DNA of 60,666 nt, counting the filler. It is 7 parts of 7 records of this genome, joined end to end, with 100 filler letters (N's around TTAATTAATTAA, not from the genome) between each part and the next. Parts side by side here need not be neighbours in the genome. Positions count along the whole stretch, not along the records: positions 25,389 to 32,101 come from SRR31147125_39356; positions 32,202 to 39,921 come from SRR31147125_39373; positions 40,022 to 48,706 come from SRR31147125_39422; 4 more parts are not named here. One strand, 5' to 3'. Positions 31,056 through 40,217 of the stretch are shown here, piece after piece. The position numbers and the translations under genes were made by a program. The notes under the pieces are model-generated. The model made no database searches, was not told the DNA's origin, and saw nothing but the letters and a program-made list of their open reading frames with translations. Each line of letters opens with the position of its first letter. Position 1 is the first letter of the stretch.

Positions 31056-32101
31056 TGCTTGCCGAGGCTTCCCTCCAGAGTGCGGAACTGCTGCCCCTGC
31101 GCAAGGAGTTGTGCCTGTCAAGCGCTCCCCTTCTTGACACCGGCGTGCCCACCTGGACAATTGAAGACCCGATCCGGAATAAATTTTTCGAATTGGTCGG
31201 CAGGAGATGGAGCTGCTCGCCCGATGGGAATCAGCCGATGCGGATACCCTTGCAGAAAGACTTTTCACCGAAACGGGTGTCAAGGCCTCCGTTGAGGAGA
31301 TCGTCAATTTACAGCAATTCCTCCTCAGTAACTCGCTTCTCGACCCGGTTCACCCCCAGGTGCAGGCTCACCTGTGCCGGTTTGGCAGTAAAGCAAAAAA
31401 CAATCTTCTGGCCGCACTAGTTCAGCGTATTGTTTTTTTCCGCATTCCGTTGCTGAATCCCGATCATTTCCTGGAAAAGACCCTCCCGTTCGTACGTCCG
31501 CTGGGATCCCGGGGCGCGCTGTTCGGCTATGCACTCATTGCCCTGCTCGCCGTCATTCTCATCACCCCGCAATGGTCGTCCTTTTTCTCAACATTTTCAT
31601 TTCTCTTCTCGTTCGAAGGGATCGCCGCCTATTTTTTCACGCTGTTCGGCGTCAAATTCCTCCATGAGTTTGGCCACGCCTATACGGCGAAACACTTCGG
31701 GCTGCAGGTCCCGACGATCGGTCTGGCCTTCATCGTATTCTGGCCCCTGTTTTACACAGACAACAACCAGGCCTGGCGAATAAAAGATCGCCACATACGC
31801 ATGAAGATCGTTGCGGCGGGTATGCTGACCGAGCTTGTGATTGCATCTTGCGCAGCTCTGGGGTGGGTACTCATGCAGCCGGGACTGGCAAAAAGCCTCT
31901 GTTTCGTGCTGGCCACCACCTCAATCCTGCACTCACTGTTCATCAATATCTGCCCATTCATGCGATTTGACGGGTACTACCTCCTTTCTGATTACCTTGA
32001 TATCGCGAACCTGGCACCACGCTCCTTCGCGCTGGGGCGCTATCATCTCCGACTGTCACTTTTCGGCCTTGATTCCGGAAAACCGGAACCATTCAGCGGG
32101 G
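31055..32101 (+). CDS. M50 (site-2 protease) zinc metalloprotease with N-terminal PqqD-like domain; indel near 31197; 3'-truncated
   Basis: LRKEL...WTIEDPIRNKFF, HEFGHA, AAGMLTE and NICPFMRFDGYY motifs; multiple TM segments. Confidence 0.85.
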
Positions 32102-32440
32102 NNNNNNNNNNNNNNNNNNNNNNNNNNNNNNNNNNNNNNNNNNNNTTAATTAATTAANNNNNNNNNNNNNNNNNNNNNNNNNNNNNNNNNNNNNNNNNNN
32201 NCCGCGATGCAGCCTGAAACACACCGCCACCACCGCCGAGTGTATACGCTATAGACTTAGTCCACGTTTGAAAGAGAGGAGAGATGGCCAGGGGATTGAG
32301 TGGAGGGGCGAAAAATATATCTTGAAAACTGTGACAATAATGAGTAAAAGAACATGTTTCTGGATATTGAAGAACAGATTTACACTATTTGAGCCTTCAG
32401 CACCACGCGGGGCTTAATATAAAGTTATCAGGAGAAGAAA

Positions 32441-32635
32441 ATGGCCAAGGTATGTCAGATTTGCGGTAAAGGTCCGGTTACCGGGAACAACGTTTCCCAT
32501 GCGCACAACAAGACACGCAGGCGCTGGCTCCCCAACCTGAAGCGGGTCAGAATGGTTACCGATTCCGGCGGTGTGAAAAAAGCCCGGGTATGTACCCGTT
32601 GCATCCGCTCGGGAGCGGTTGTAAAACCGGCATAG
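32441..32635 (+). CDS. rpmB: 50S ribosomal protein L28 (Zn-ribbon form)
   Basis: [33 protein letters not shown]. Confidence 0.97.
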   Translation: MAKVCQICGKGPVTGNNVSHAHNKTRRRWLPNLKRVRMVTDSGGVKKARVCTRCIRSGAVVKPA

Positions 32636-32698
32636 ATTGGATAGCCTGGTGGAATCCGGGCGAATCACGACGGTACGGGTTCAGAGTATTACACGATA

Positions 32699-32731
32699 GA
32701 GGCGGGATGGGATAACCATTCCGCCTTTTCT
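32699..32731 (+). terminator. Intrinsic terminator after rpmB
   Basis: GGCGGGATGG-ATAA-CCATTCCGCC-TTTTCT. Confidence 0.7.
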
Positions 32732-32748
32732 ATTCCGGGAGGTACAAG

Positions 32749-33003
32749 ATGAGTAAGCAGGATATGGAATTTTTGAGTTTTGAAGAGGCAGCCAATATCG
32801 TAGCCGCTATTCAGGAAGAAGAAGATATTCACGAAAACAACAAGCGGATTCTTACGGTCTATAACTACGAGGACCGGGAACTCTGCTGGTTCGACTTTGA
32901 AGAAGTCATGAAGGACGTCGGGGAGGTCGAAGCCGGAGAACGCAAAGAGGCCGTCCAGAACTACATCCTCAACCGGATACCGCGCTGGGCGCTCGATATC
33001 TGA
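32749..33003 (+). CDS. Small acidic hypothetical protein
   Basis: GGAGG RBS; 84 aa with ELCWFDFEE motif. Confidence 0.75.
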   Translation: MSKQDMEFLSFEEAANIVAAIQEEEDIHENNKRILTVYNYEDRELCWFDFEEVMKDVGEVEAGERKEAVQNYILNRIPRWALDI

Positions 33004-33080
33004 TCTCCATACCCTTCCAGGACGTTCGCGGGCGCCCTCGATCTTTCCACATTTCCCTACGGGTTCTCCCGAGGGTCCCC

Positions 33081-34532
33081 TTACGTCAGCCAGGACTGCA
33101 GGGTCTGCGGTGATACCGCCGCATCGTTTACCTCGGATACAACCCCTCTATATTCTGAGCCGTTTCTGATTACCGAGACGGGGCGGTCAGCGGAGACCGT
33201 TACGATTATCGTATCGGGATTTTGTGCGGTGAAGCGCAGCGATGAATTGTAGCGTGCCCCGCGGGACCGGTCTTCCTTGGGGATGGTCGCGCCGTCCAGG
33301 AGGCAGGCGAAGCGGTGCAGCTTTCGGTCTGCGCCGACCTGCAGCGCACCGTCGACACGGGCCAGGTCGCAGGCCAGGTCGAGCAGGTTTGAGCGTTCGA
33401 GATCAAGCGGCTGTCCAAGATTCTGGCCTGCCAAATGGGTAATCGGCTGGTTGAGATCGAGAACCACGGCGCAGCCGAAATGTTCGGTTTCGGCATAGTG
33501 AACGATGGACGCGATGATATGATACAGGCTGCTTCTCACAGAGGAGTCCAGATCATAGTCGAGCAGGGCCTCCTCGATCTCGAACAGTTTTGCCTGGTGG
33601 GTTGCTGATGAATAGACGCCGTCTGCGAAGCTGCAGAAGGACTGGTCGTTGATTCTGAGAAATCCGAACGATCCCCTGAAGTCTGCTATGAGGTGGATCG
33701 GGTCGATCCTTCCCCGTGAAATACCAAGTATGCGTATGCCGTCGCAGATCAGGCGACTGCGAAATTTCTGCACGGCCTGGAGCAATTTCCGCACGTGCTT
33801 CGGGTTGTCCAGGCGCGGGAGTTCCTCTTCCCTGAACTGGGCGAGGAAGTCGAGCGAACCAATATGCTCCGATCGCACGAACGCCAACTCGCCGTGTGGT
33901 GATTGCAACTCCTCCCTGGTCTTCGATATTGCCAGGATTGCGTTGAGAACCGGATACACGGAAATCTCCGCGGGCAATATCGAGCCCGTGCCGCGGGTAA
34001 ATTCGTATACGATATGGTCGTGCACGGCGTGGGTCGCGTATTCGCTCAGGAAGCGGCCTGATATCCCGGAGTAGAGCTCCTGTTCGTTGGCGACGTCGTG
34101 GGAGAAGCGCAGCGCCGCGTGCTCGAGCCAGCGCTGGGTGGGGCCGGTCGACAAAATCTCCGGGTGATGATCGGTGAACCACATCTGGTAGGGGACGGGG
34201 CCGGACTTGCCTCCCACCGAGATGATGCCGTCGAGTTCAAGATCGTTCACCCGGTTGATATAGCTGTACGGCTTATCCAGGAGATCGTTCGGCACACTGA
34301 GCGGACGGTCGCGCTCATCGAAAAAGGATGAGCGGATCTTTGTCTGATGTCCGTCGAGCAGTCTGGCCGGATCGCAAATGTAATAATCGTCTGCGGTATC
34401 GAGCCGGTAAATGACGGCGACCCGGCTTGGCCCGGAAAATTTCGTCAGCCCTTCCCGGATACCCGCCAGTATCTCGTTTACCACCCTGCCCGTGAAGCGT
34501 TTGGTATGATTCCGATTTTTCATTGATTTCAT
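33081..34532 (-). CDS. DisA_N/diadenylate cyclase domain protein with large N-terminal domains
   Basis: C-terminal HFGCAVV, ARVDGAL, RGARYNS and VSAD motifs. Confidence 0.8.
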   Translation of the reverse strand: MKSMKNRNHTKRFTGRVVNEILAGIREGLTKFSGPSRVAVIYRLDTADDYYICDPARLLDGHQTKIRSSFFDERDRPLSVPNDLLDKPYSYINRVNDLELDGIISVGGKSGPVPYQMWFTDHHPEILSTGPTQRWLEHAALRFSHDVANEQELYSGISGRFLSEYATHAVHDHIVYEFTRGTGSILPAEISVYPVLNAILAISKTREELQSPHGELAFVRSEHIGSLDFLAQFREEELPRLDNPKHVRKLLQAVQKFRSRLICDGIRILGISRGRIDPIHLIADFRGSFGFLRINDQSFCSFADGVYSSATHQAKLFEIEEALLDYDLDSSVRSSLYHIIASIVHYAETEHFGCAVVLDLNQPITHLAGQNLGQPLDLERSNLLDLACDLARVDGALQVGADRKLHRFACLLDGATIPKEDRSRGARYNSSLRFTAQNPDTIIVTVSADRPVSVIRNGSEYRGVVSEVNDAAVSPQTLQSWLT

Positions 34533-34607
34533 TATACGTGTATCTGGTGTTTACAGGCAAGGTAAAGTGTAAGGAAAGAGGTAAAGGAGGGGAGTCGCGG
34601 AAGTCTC

Positions 34608-34650
34608 AAAAAAGCATTGCACCGGGACGCGCTTGGCTCCCGGTGCAATG
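34608..34650 (-). terminator. Intrinsic terminator after the glycine-zipper gene
   Basis: CATTGCACCGGGA/TCCCGGTGCAATG 13-bp stem followed by a T run on minus. Confidence 0.8.
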
Positions 34651-34663
34651 AAATTGTTGTAAT

Positions 34664-35239
34664 TTAATAGGCGTATCTGATCCTTCTCCCATAGGCATGG
34701 GTGGCCGGTTGATAGTCGTTCCGGTTGCTCCGGTAGGCCGCCGGCTTACCGGGAGGGTCAACCAGCACCCACCCGTCCCGGGTTTTGCAGGCCGTGCTCA
34801 GAATTCGCTGGGGTTTGCCATGGACGGTCCCGAGGATTTCCACCTCCCTGCACACCTTCTTCGGCGGGCGACGATATTCGACCGATTCCGGAATGGAGCG
34901 ATACTCCACCGGCTCGGGGTGAGGGCGATAGCTGTATCTTCGCTCCTGGAATCCCCGCTCCTGGTACACCGGTTCCGGTGCAGGTCTGTATGCGACCGGC
35001 AGCGGTTGTCCCTGGTTCTTGTCCATTTCGTTTCCGACCATATACCCGAACAGGGTCCCGACTGCGGTACCGATCAGCGTGGATTCGGTATCCCTGCCGA
35101 TGGCCTGGCCCGCAATCGCTCCGCCGCCGGCACCCATGAGCAGCCCGCTGATTCCATTGTTGATCCTGATAACGCGCTCCGCGTGAGCCTGAGTTGCAAC
35201 GGCAAAGATGAAGATGGTCGTCAATAACAGTTTTTTCAT
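34664..35239 (-). CDS. Secreted glycine-zipper protein (17-kDa surface antigen-like)
   Basis: GGAGG RBS, signal peptide, GAGGGAIAGQAIG...GTAVGTLFGYMVG, CREV...ACKTRDGW. Confidence 0.8.
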   Translation of the reverse strand: MKKLLLTTIFIFAVATQAHAERVIRINNGISGLLMGAGGGAIAGQAIGRDTESTLIGTAVGTLFGYMVGNEMDKNQGQPLPVAYRPAPEPVYQERGFQERRYSYRPHPEPVEYRSIPESVEYRRPPKKVCREVEILGTVHGKPQRILSTACKTRDGWVLVDPPGKPAAYRSNRNDYQPATHAYGRRIRYAY

Positions 35240-35309
35240 GATATCCTCCTTGGTGATGGTTTGTGTGCGGCCTTGATTCATTTGTAAATCGCAAACGACC
35301 ATATTTATA

Positions 35310-35338
35310 GGGGATATCGGGTCATGTCGGACCGACAT
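35310..35338. promoter_or_regulatory. Candidate operator upstream of the glycine-zipper gene
   Basis: Palindrome ATGTCGG-A-CCGACAT (35324-35338) preceded by GGGGATATCGG; related sites at 36906 and 37081. Confidence 0.5.
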
Positions 35339-35433
35339 CGGGCCGGTTCGGGGCGGGGCGAACGGAACCGGCAGATCCTGCCGGAATGTGGGGGCACCTG
35401 CCGGGAGGGGAGGAGCTACGCTGCAGGAACGGG

Positions 35434-35844
35434 TCAGCGGGACTGCGGGGCGTGGATGGTGATCAGGCTGCCGTCTGCGGGGTCACGGTACGTGATAACT
35501 GCAGAGACGGCAGAAAGTGTTGACGGAGGAGAGGTTTTGACACTGAACGTGAGATTGCCCGATCGTGGTTTCTTTACCAGCCAGGTGACAACGGATTTCT
35601 TTTTGTCGATTTTTGCCGCTTCCGGTAATGTCGATTCCACCCGTACCGTTTTCTGCAGCTTCAGTTTGGCGATAAGGTTGACCGGTGGAGGCGCGGGCAG
35701 GTCGACCTGCACGACGAGTTCCCCGTTATTGCTGAGTAGGGACGCGCTTCCTGCCCCGGCTACACAGCGGTCTGGAGCGGTGGTGACAAGGATCAGCAGG
35801 GCAGTGCTTATCAGTAGAAGGCGGCGCGTAAGTGCAATCGTCAT
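35434..35844 (-). CDS. Secreted hypothetical protein, Ig-like
   Basis: GAGGAG RBS, signal peptide, beta-rich sequence resembling the periplasmic part of the upstream XRE protein. Confidence 0.7.
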   Translation of the reverse strand: MTIALTRRLLLISTALLILVTTAPDRCVAGAGSASLLSNNGELVVQVDLPAPPPVNLIAKLKLQKTVRVESTLPEAAKIDKKKSVVTWLVKKPRSGNLTFSVKTSPPSTLSAVSAVITYRDPADGSLITIHAPQSR

Positions 35845-35860
35845 AACGGAGACTCCTCGT

Positions 35861-36853
35861 CTAGTCGATAATGGTGAATGACTGCTGGTCCGGATTCCAC
35901 ACGTAGCCTTCTCCGAGCCACATTTCCTCGAGCTGGTCGAGATTGATGATCTGACCGGAATTGTCCGCAAGCAGGTCGTATATCACCAGGATCTCTTCAT
36001 CGCTGATCCGGTTGTCACGGTCGGTGTCCGCCCAGTGGTGCGAGCCCGGAGTTGACCGGGTATCACCGAGGATTGCAACGGCCCTGTCGTCGCTCCCGTT
36101 TTTCACTACGCCGCTGAAGTGGAGATCACCGCTGAATGTTGGCGTGGTTACGACCGTGTAGAAGAACAGAGCGGGGTGTGACAGTTTGGTCAGCCATTTG
36201 ATTTCGGTCTCGGAACTCCCGGAAAGCCCGGGGAGTGCTGATTCAAGGCTGGCTCCCGGCGGCAGGCTCTCCTTGAGAATCACCGAGACGGTGTCTTCGT
36301 CCGGTTTGTCGATATGCAGAAATATCGGCAGCGGTTGCCCGGCAATGAAGTGCGGCGAGATGATGCGTGTCACGCTGATATCGGCCGCACCTCCATCGAT
36401 GTTCAGCATCCGGTAGAAAACGAGTGCGCCGCAGATCAGGAGCACGCTGGTTATGACAATAGTGAGGTGCCCGATGCTGCTGTACCAGCGTGGCCGTGAA
36501 ACCAGCGCTGCGAGGCCAGCCGATTCTTCACCATCACCGGTGTCTGCTTCCGGCGCTGACGGATTGATCCCGGGAGCGGGAGGTTCGGTGTTATCGATGG
36601 CCTCTGCCGCTCCATCGCCGCTGTCGAGAATTTCTTCGAGATCAACTTCCAGCGCCTCCGCAAGCTTCAGGCCGTTTTCCTTCTTGATGGTCGGATAGCG
36701 TCTGTTTTCCCATCGGGAAACGGTATCGGTCGTGACATCGACGGCAGTCGCGATGTACAGCTGGGTGAAGCCCTTTGCTTCACGGATGGCCCGGATTCTG
36801 GCCCCGTCTATTTGTATCATGACCTGGGAGGAGGGATAGCTCTGTTCATTCAT
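35861..36853 (-). CDS. Membrane-anchored XRE-family HTH regulator with extracytoplasmic Ig-like and EF-hand-like domains
   Basis: IRAIREAKGFTQLYIA...TVSRWEN HTH, one TM segment, WADTDRDNRISDEE loop. Confidence 0.82.
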   Translation of the reverse strand: MNEQSYPSSQVMIQIDGARIRAIREAKGFTQLYIATAVDVTTDTVSRWENRRYPTIKKENGLKLAEALEVDLEEILDSGDGAAEAIDNTEPPAPGINPSAPEADTGDGEESAGLAALVSRPRWYSSIGHLTIVITSVLLICGALVFYRMLNIDGGAADISVTRIISPHFIAGQPLPIFLHIDKPDEDTVSVILKESLPPGASLESALPGLSGSSETEIKWLTKLSHPALFFYTVVTTPTFSGDLHFSGVVKNGSDDRAVAILGDTRSTPGSHHWADTDRDNRISDEEILVIYDLLADNSGQIINLDQLEEMWLGEGYVWNPDQQSFTIID

Positions 36854-36905
36854 AGTGTGGTCATCGTATCAGAATCACGGATGTTTTGCATCTGAAAGCG
36901 GGGCG

Positions 36906-36920
36906 ATGTCGGGTAGACAT
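36906..36920. promoter_or_regulatory. Candidate operator upstream of the XRE gene
   Basis: ATGTC-GGGTA-GACAT, same arms and spacing as the site at 35324. Confidence 0.45.
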
Positions 36921-37175
36921 AGTACCTTTTCAGGTAATCCACTGTGCGTGAATCGTCCGCTTTGGACATATCGTACTGCTCGCATTGGAGCCGTTTCCAG
37001 GGCAGATAAGGTGCCGGACATACGCTATTTTGTGTTACCGGGTTCGTCGGGGGACGAGGGGCAGTTCCGGCCGGTCACGGGGGGATATCGGCCGATGTCG
37101 CCTGTGATTCATGTACCGATGCGACTATCCTGTAACCAGACAGAGCATCACAAACCCCAACTCTTGGAGGAAATC

Positions 37176-37388
37176 ATGAAGAACGTATCGCTTATCGGAT
37201 TATCCCTCGCACTTCTGCTTCTTATACCCATCGGTTCGAGTGCCGCAAGTAATAAATGTGAGGTCGTCGAAGTGGAAGGCACGAAACTGGTCCTCGAATG
37301 CGAGCGCGATAACGAGGCGCTGGAACCCGGGGACAAGGTGAAGTTGAAGACGGTAAGAAAAAGCTCGGCGCCGGTTGAGGGGTGTTAG
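37176..37388 (+). CDS. Small periplasmic ExtJ-like protein ending in -EGC
   Basis: GGAGG RBS, signal peptide, C-x-V...V-x-L-x-C...GDKVKL, C-terminal VEGC. Confidence 0.6.
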   Translation: MKNVSLIGLSLALLLLIPIGSSAASNKCEVVEVEGTKLVLECERDNEALEPGDKVKLKTVRKSSAPVEGC

Positions 37389-37400
37389 CTGCGCACCTGA

Positions 37401-39413
37401 TTACCAGTCAAAGCGGACACTGTTGTCGAGCGGATCAACCTTGACCGGTTTGACGCGTACCTCCGATCCCGGTTCCGGCGGCGGAACCCTGGTCGCCGGC
37501 AGGTCGATGTCCATCAGGCAGTCGGTAAGGATGAGTTTGACCCGCTTGGGGCCGCTGTCGATGACTATCGCGTTGAGGTAGCTGTTGGTGCGCTCTTCGA
37601 GATACTTCAGCAGCCAGTACCGGTGACGCTGCTGTTTCACGTTGTTGGCGATGGCAAGCTTCCGGGTAATCACTGAGGTGAAGTCCCTGCACATATCCTG
37701 CGTGAAGCAGAGGTTTTTTCTCCTCACGAGATTGTTTATCTGGTGCTGCATCACGAGGTCAAGGAGCCTCCGGATCGGCGAGGTGACGGTCGTGTAAAAA
37801 CCGACCCCAAGTCCGGCGTGCGGTTTTGCCTCGGTGCTCAATTCACTGCGGGGCAGGTTCTTGCGTTGCAGGCTGTTCAGGTAGAGATCGTCGTCATCGC
37901 CTTGTACTATACGTCTGGTGATTTTCCCCTGGGACCTGAACAGTCCGGGTGTCATACGGTCGGACACGTATCGTGCAGTCTCCGTATTGGTGAGGATCAT
38001 CATCTCGGAGATAATCGTACGCGCCGGCGTATCGGTCTGGCCGAGCGAAACCGAAACCCTGTTGTTGCCGTCGATGTAGATGTTGACATCGGGAAACGGA
38101 AGCAGCAGCGCGCCGGATTCGAGGCGTCGGTCGCGAAGTTTCTGGCGCAGCCGGTCGAAAATTATCAGTTCGGGATCGGTCCGCACCATGTGGTCAGCGT
38201 CCTCGTAAGTGAGCCGTCGTGCAACCTTGATGATCGATGGATATATCCTGACTTTCAGGACCTCGCCGTCTGGAGACAGCAGTATCATGTGGCTGAAGGC
38301 CGCCCGAATCTCGCCCTGGATCAGACTGCACATCCCCTGGGAGAGGTGACGCGGCAGCATCGGAATCTGGCCCTCGGGGAAATAGATCGATGTTGCCCGG
38401 TTCATCGCCTCCTGGAACAGTGAATCGCCGGGCCTGACATAGTGTGCCACGTCGGAAATGTGCACACCGACAAGGTAGTTGCCGTCCTGTTCCTCGATGG
38501 TGAGGGCGTCATCGAAATCGAGCGTGGTTGCTCCATCGATCGTAAACGGTTTGAGGTGAGTCAGGTCTTTCCGCGCCGGGTCGTCGAACAGTGACGCGTT
38601 TCCGCACTGCAGGATAGCTTCAGCCCGTTGCCGGGCCTGGGTGGAAAATGCGACCGGGAGCTCTGCACGCAGCAATGGCAGATTTTCGTTCGGTGCCCAG
38701 ATCCCCGCTTTTACAAAGAGATGATAGACGTCGTGGGGACGGTTGAACTCCGCTTTCTTCAGGATTTTCCTGGCGAATTCGCTGTCTTCAGCCTCGTTTC
38801 CATGCAGGTAGTAGTGCTGGAGGGTCGAGATGATCTGCTCGTGCGTATCGGATAGCTCTCCGGAAAACTTCGCACCGTCCGCTATCTCCTGCAGCAGCTG
38901 AGCCCCGGTTTCGATCAGCGCCTCCTTGAGCGCCTCCTTTTCGATCCGGTGCTTGAGTTGCTCGACTTTTTCCGGTGAGTGAACCTGGATCTTTCCTTCC
39001 CGGTACTTGAAGAACAGTTTGTCATTGAACACCGAGCGCAGAAATGCGGAGACGATATCGTCGTCGGCGCTGCAGCCAAACGTTAACTCAGCGAGGAAGT
39101 CCGGGTCGAAGGTGTCTGTTGCTTCGGTGCAGGCAAGCTCCCATAACATCTCGAGATCCACCCGCTCCATCAGGGAGTGGCGTTTCTCGAACGTCGAACG
39201 CAGCAACCTGACGAGACTCTCCCTGTCGGAGTCTGCGTTAAATCTGGACGTGGAGCAGTGGACGATGCGGGAAATCGGCAGGTTGAGCTCGCGACCGTTC
39301 TGGTTGAGCAGACGTACCCGTTTCGGTTGACTGTCGGTAACATAACCGCAGACAAATTTCCCGTTGTCCAGGTACTCGATGAGTTTACCTGAAGTAATAC
39401 CAACCAAAGACAT
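37401..39413 (-). CDS. Ribonuclease II/R family (RNB domain) exoribonuclease
   Basis: TIDGATTLDFDDAL, VHISDV and TSPIRRLLDL motifs. Confidence 0.92.
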   Translation of the reverse strand: MSLVGITSGKLIEYLDNGKFVCGYVTDSQPKRVRLLNQNGRELNLPISRIVHCSTSRFNADSDRESLVRLLRSTFEKRHSLMERVDLEMLWELACTEATDTFDPDFLAELTFGCSADDDIVSAFLRSVFNDKLFFKYREGKIQVHSPEKVEQLKHRIEKEALKEALIETGAQLLQEIADGAKFSGELSDTHEQIISTLQHYYLHGNEAEDSEFARKILKKAEFNRPHDVYHLFVKAGIWAPNENLPLLRAELPVAFSTQARQRAEAILQCGNASLFDDPARKDLTHLKPFTIDGATTLDFDDALTIEEQDGNYLVGVHISDVAHYVRPGDSLFQEAMNRATSIYFPEGQIPMLPRHLSQGMCSLIQGEIRAAFSHMILLSPDGEVLKVRIYPSIIKVARRLTYEDADHMVRTDPELIIFDRLRQKLRDRRLESGALLLPFPDVNIYIDGNNRVSVSLGQTDTPARTIISEMMILTNTETARYVSDRMTPGLFRSQGKITRRIVQGDDDDLYLNSLQRKNLPRSELSTEAKPHAGLGVGFYTTVTSPIRRLLDLVMQHQINNLVRRKNLCFTQDMCRDFTSVITRKLAIANNVKQQRHRYWLLKYLEERTNSYLNAIVIDSGPKRVKLILTDCLMDIDLPATRVPPPEPGSEVRVKPVKVDPLDNSVRFDW

Positions 39414-39594
39414 GTAAGTAACCGACGGCCCTCAGGCCCGGTAAAAATTTCTGAAGGTTTTCTCTTTCCTCCGCAGAAGCTGTAATGAGAAAACGAACCT
39501 TTATTTCTATTCAAATAGAAAATATAGTGTATTTTCCACTTTTCTCCACACTTATCTCGGTATATGAAAAATAAATTGACCACGGAGCAACGAT

Positions 39595-39921
39595 ATGGAT
39601 CTTGGCGAGCCTGAAATTATCACTTCCGGTGTGATTGCCCTCGTGGGCCCGCCCAATGCCGGAAAATCGACGTTGATGAACCGGCTGCTTGGCCAGAAAA
39701 TATCGATCGTCACCCCCAAACCGCAGACCACGCGAAACCGTATAGCCGGTGTTCTCAACGGCGACGGTTACCAGCTTGTGTTTCTCGACACGCCTGGTCT
39801 GCATCGATCGGACACCCTGCTGAACCGGGAGATGGTTCAGGTCGCACTCGAATCTCTCAGAGACGTCGAGGCTGTCGTTTTCATGCTCGATGTGTCGAAG
39901 CATCTTCACACGGACCGGGGG
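39595..39921 (+). CDS. era: GTPase Era, N-terminal fragment
   Basis: GPPNAGKSTL, KISIVTPKPQTTRNRI, DTPG. Confidence 0.95.
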
Positions 39922-40021
39922 NNNNNNNNNNNNNNNNNNNNNNNNNNNNNNNNNNNNNNNNNNNNTTAATTAATTAANNNNNNNNNNNNNNNNNNNNNNN
40001 NNNNNNNNNNNNNNNNNNNNN

Positions 40022-40190
40022 GTCGCTCTTCCGGCGTCAGATCTTTCATGCTTCGCAGCGCTGCTGTTAATTCGCCTTTCTTACCGAGAAGCTTTATTCG
40101 TATATCTTCCAGCTGTTTTAATTCACTGCTAGCGCCTATTTCGCTAAGAGCGCTCTCCAGCATTTGTTCGAGTTGAACTTTCTCCATCAA
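40022..40190 (-). CDS. pheS: Phenylalanine--tRNA ligase alpha subunit, N-terminal fragment
   Basis: RIKLLGKKGELT...LTPEER; preceded by a Phe T-box. Confidence 0.92.
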
Positions 40191-40217
40191 TAATTACTCC
40201 CTTCAGTGTTTCGTGCA

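Noticed and set aside
33081-34532. DAC protein as part of an anti-phage cyclic-nucleotide system
   Set aside because: No effector, nuclease or mobile-element gene is adjacent; the neighbours are housekeeping or envelope genes
37376-37388. Selenocysteine or pyrrolysine recoding at the end of the ExtJ-like gene
   Set aside because: The end is TGT-TAG (Cys then stop) with no in-frame TGA, and the convergent RNase gene ends 13 bp away
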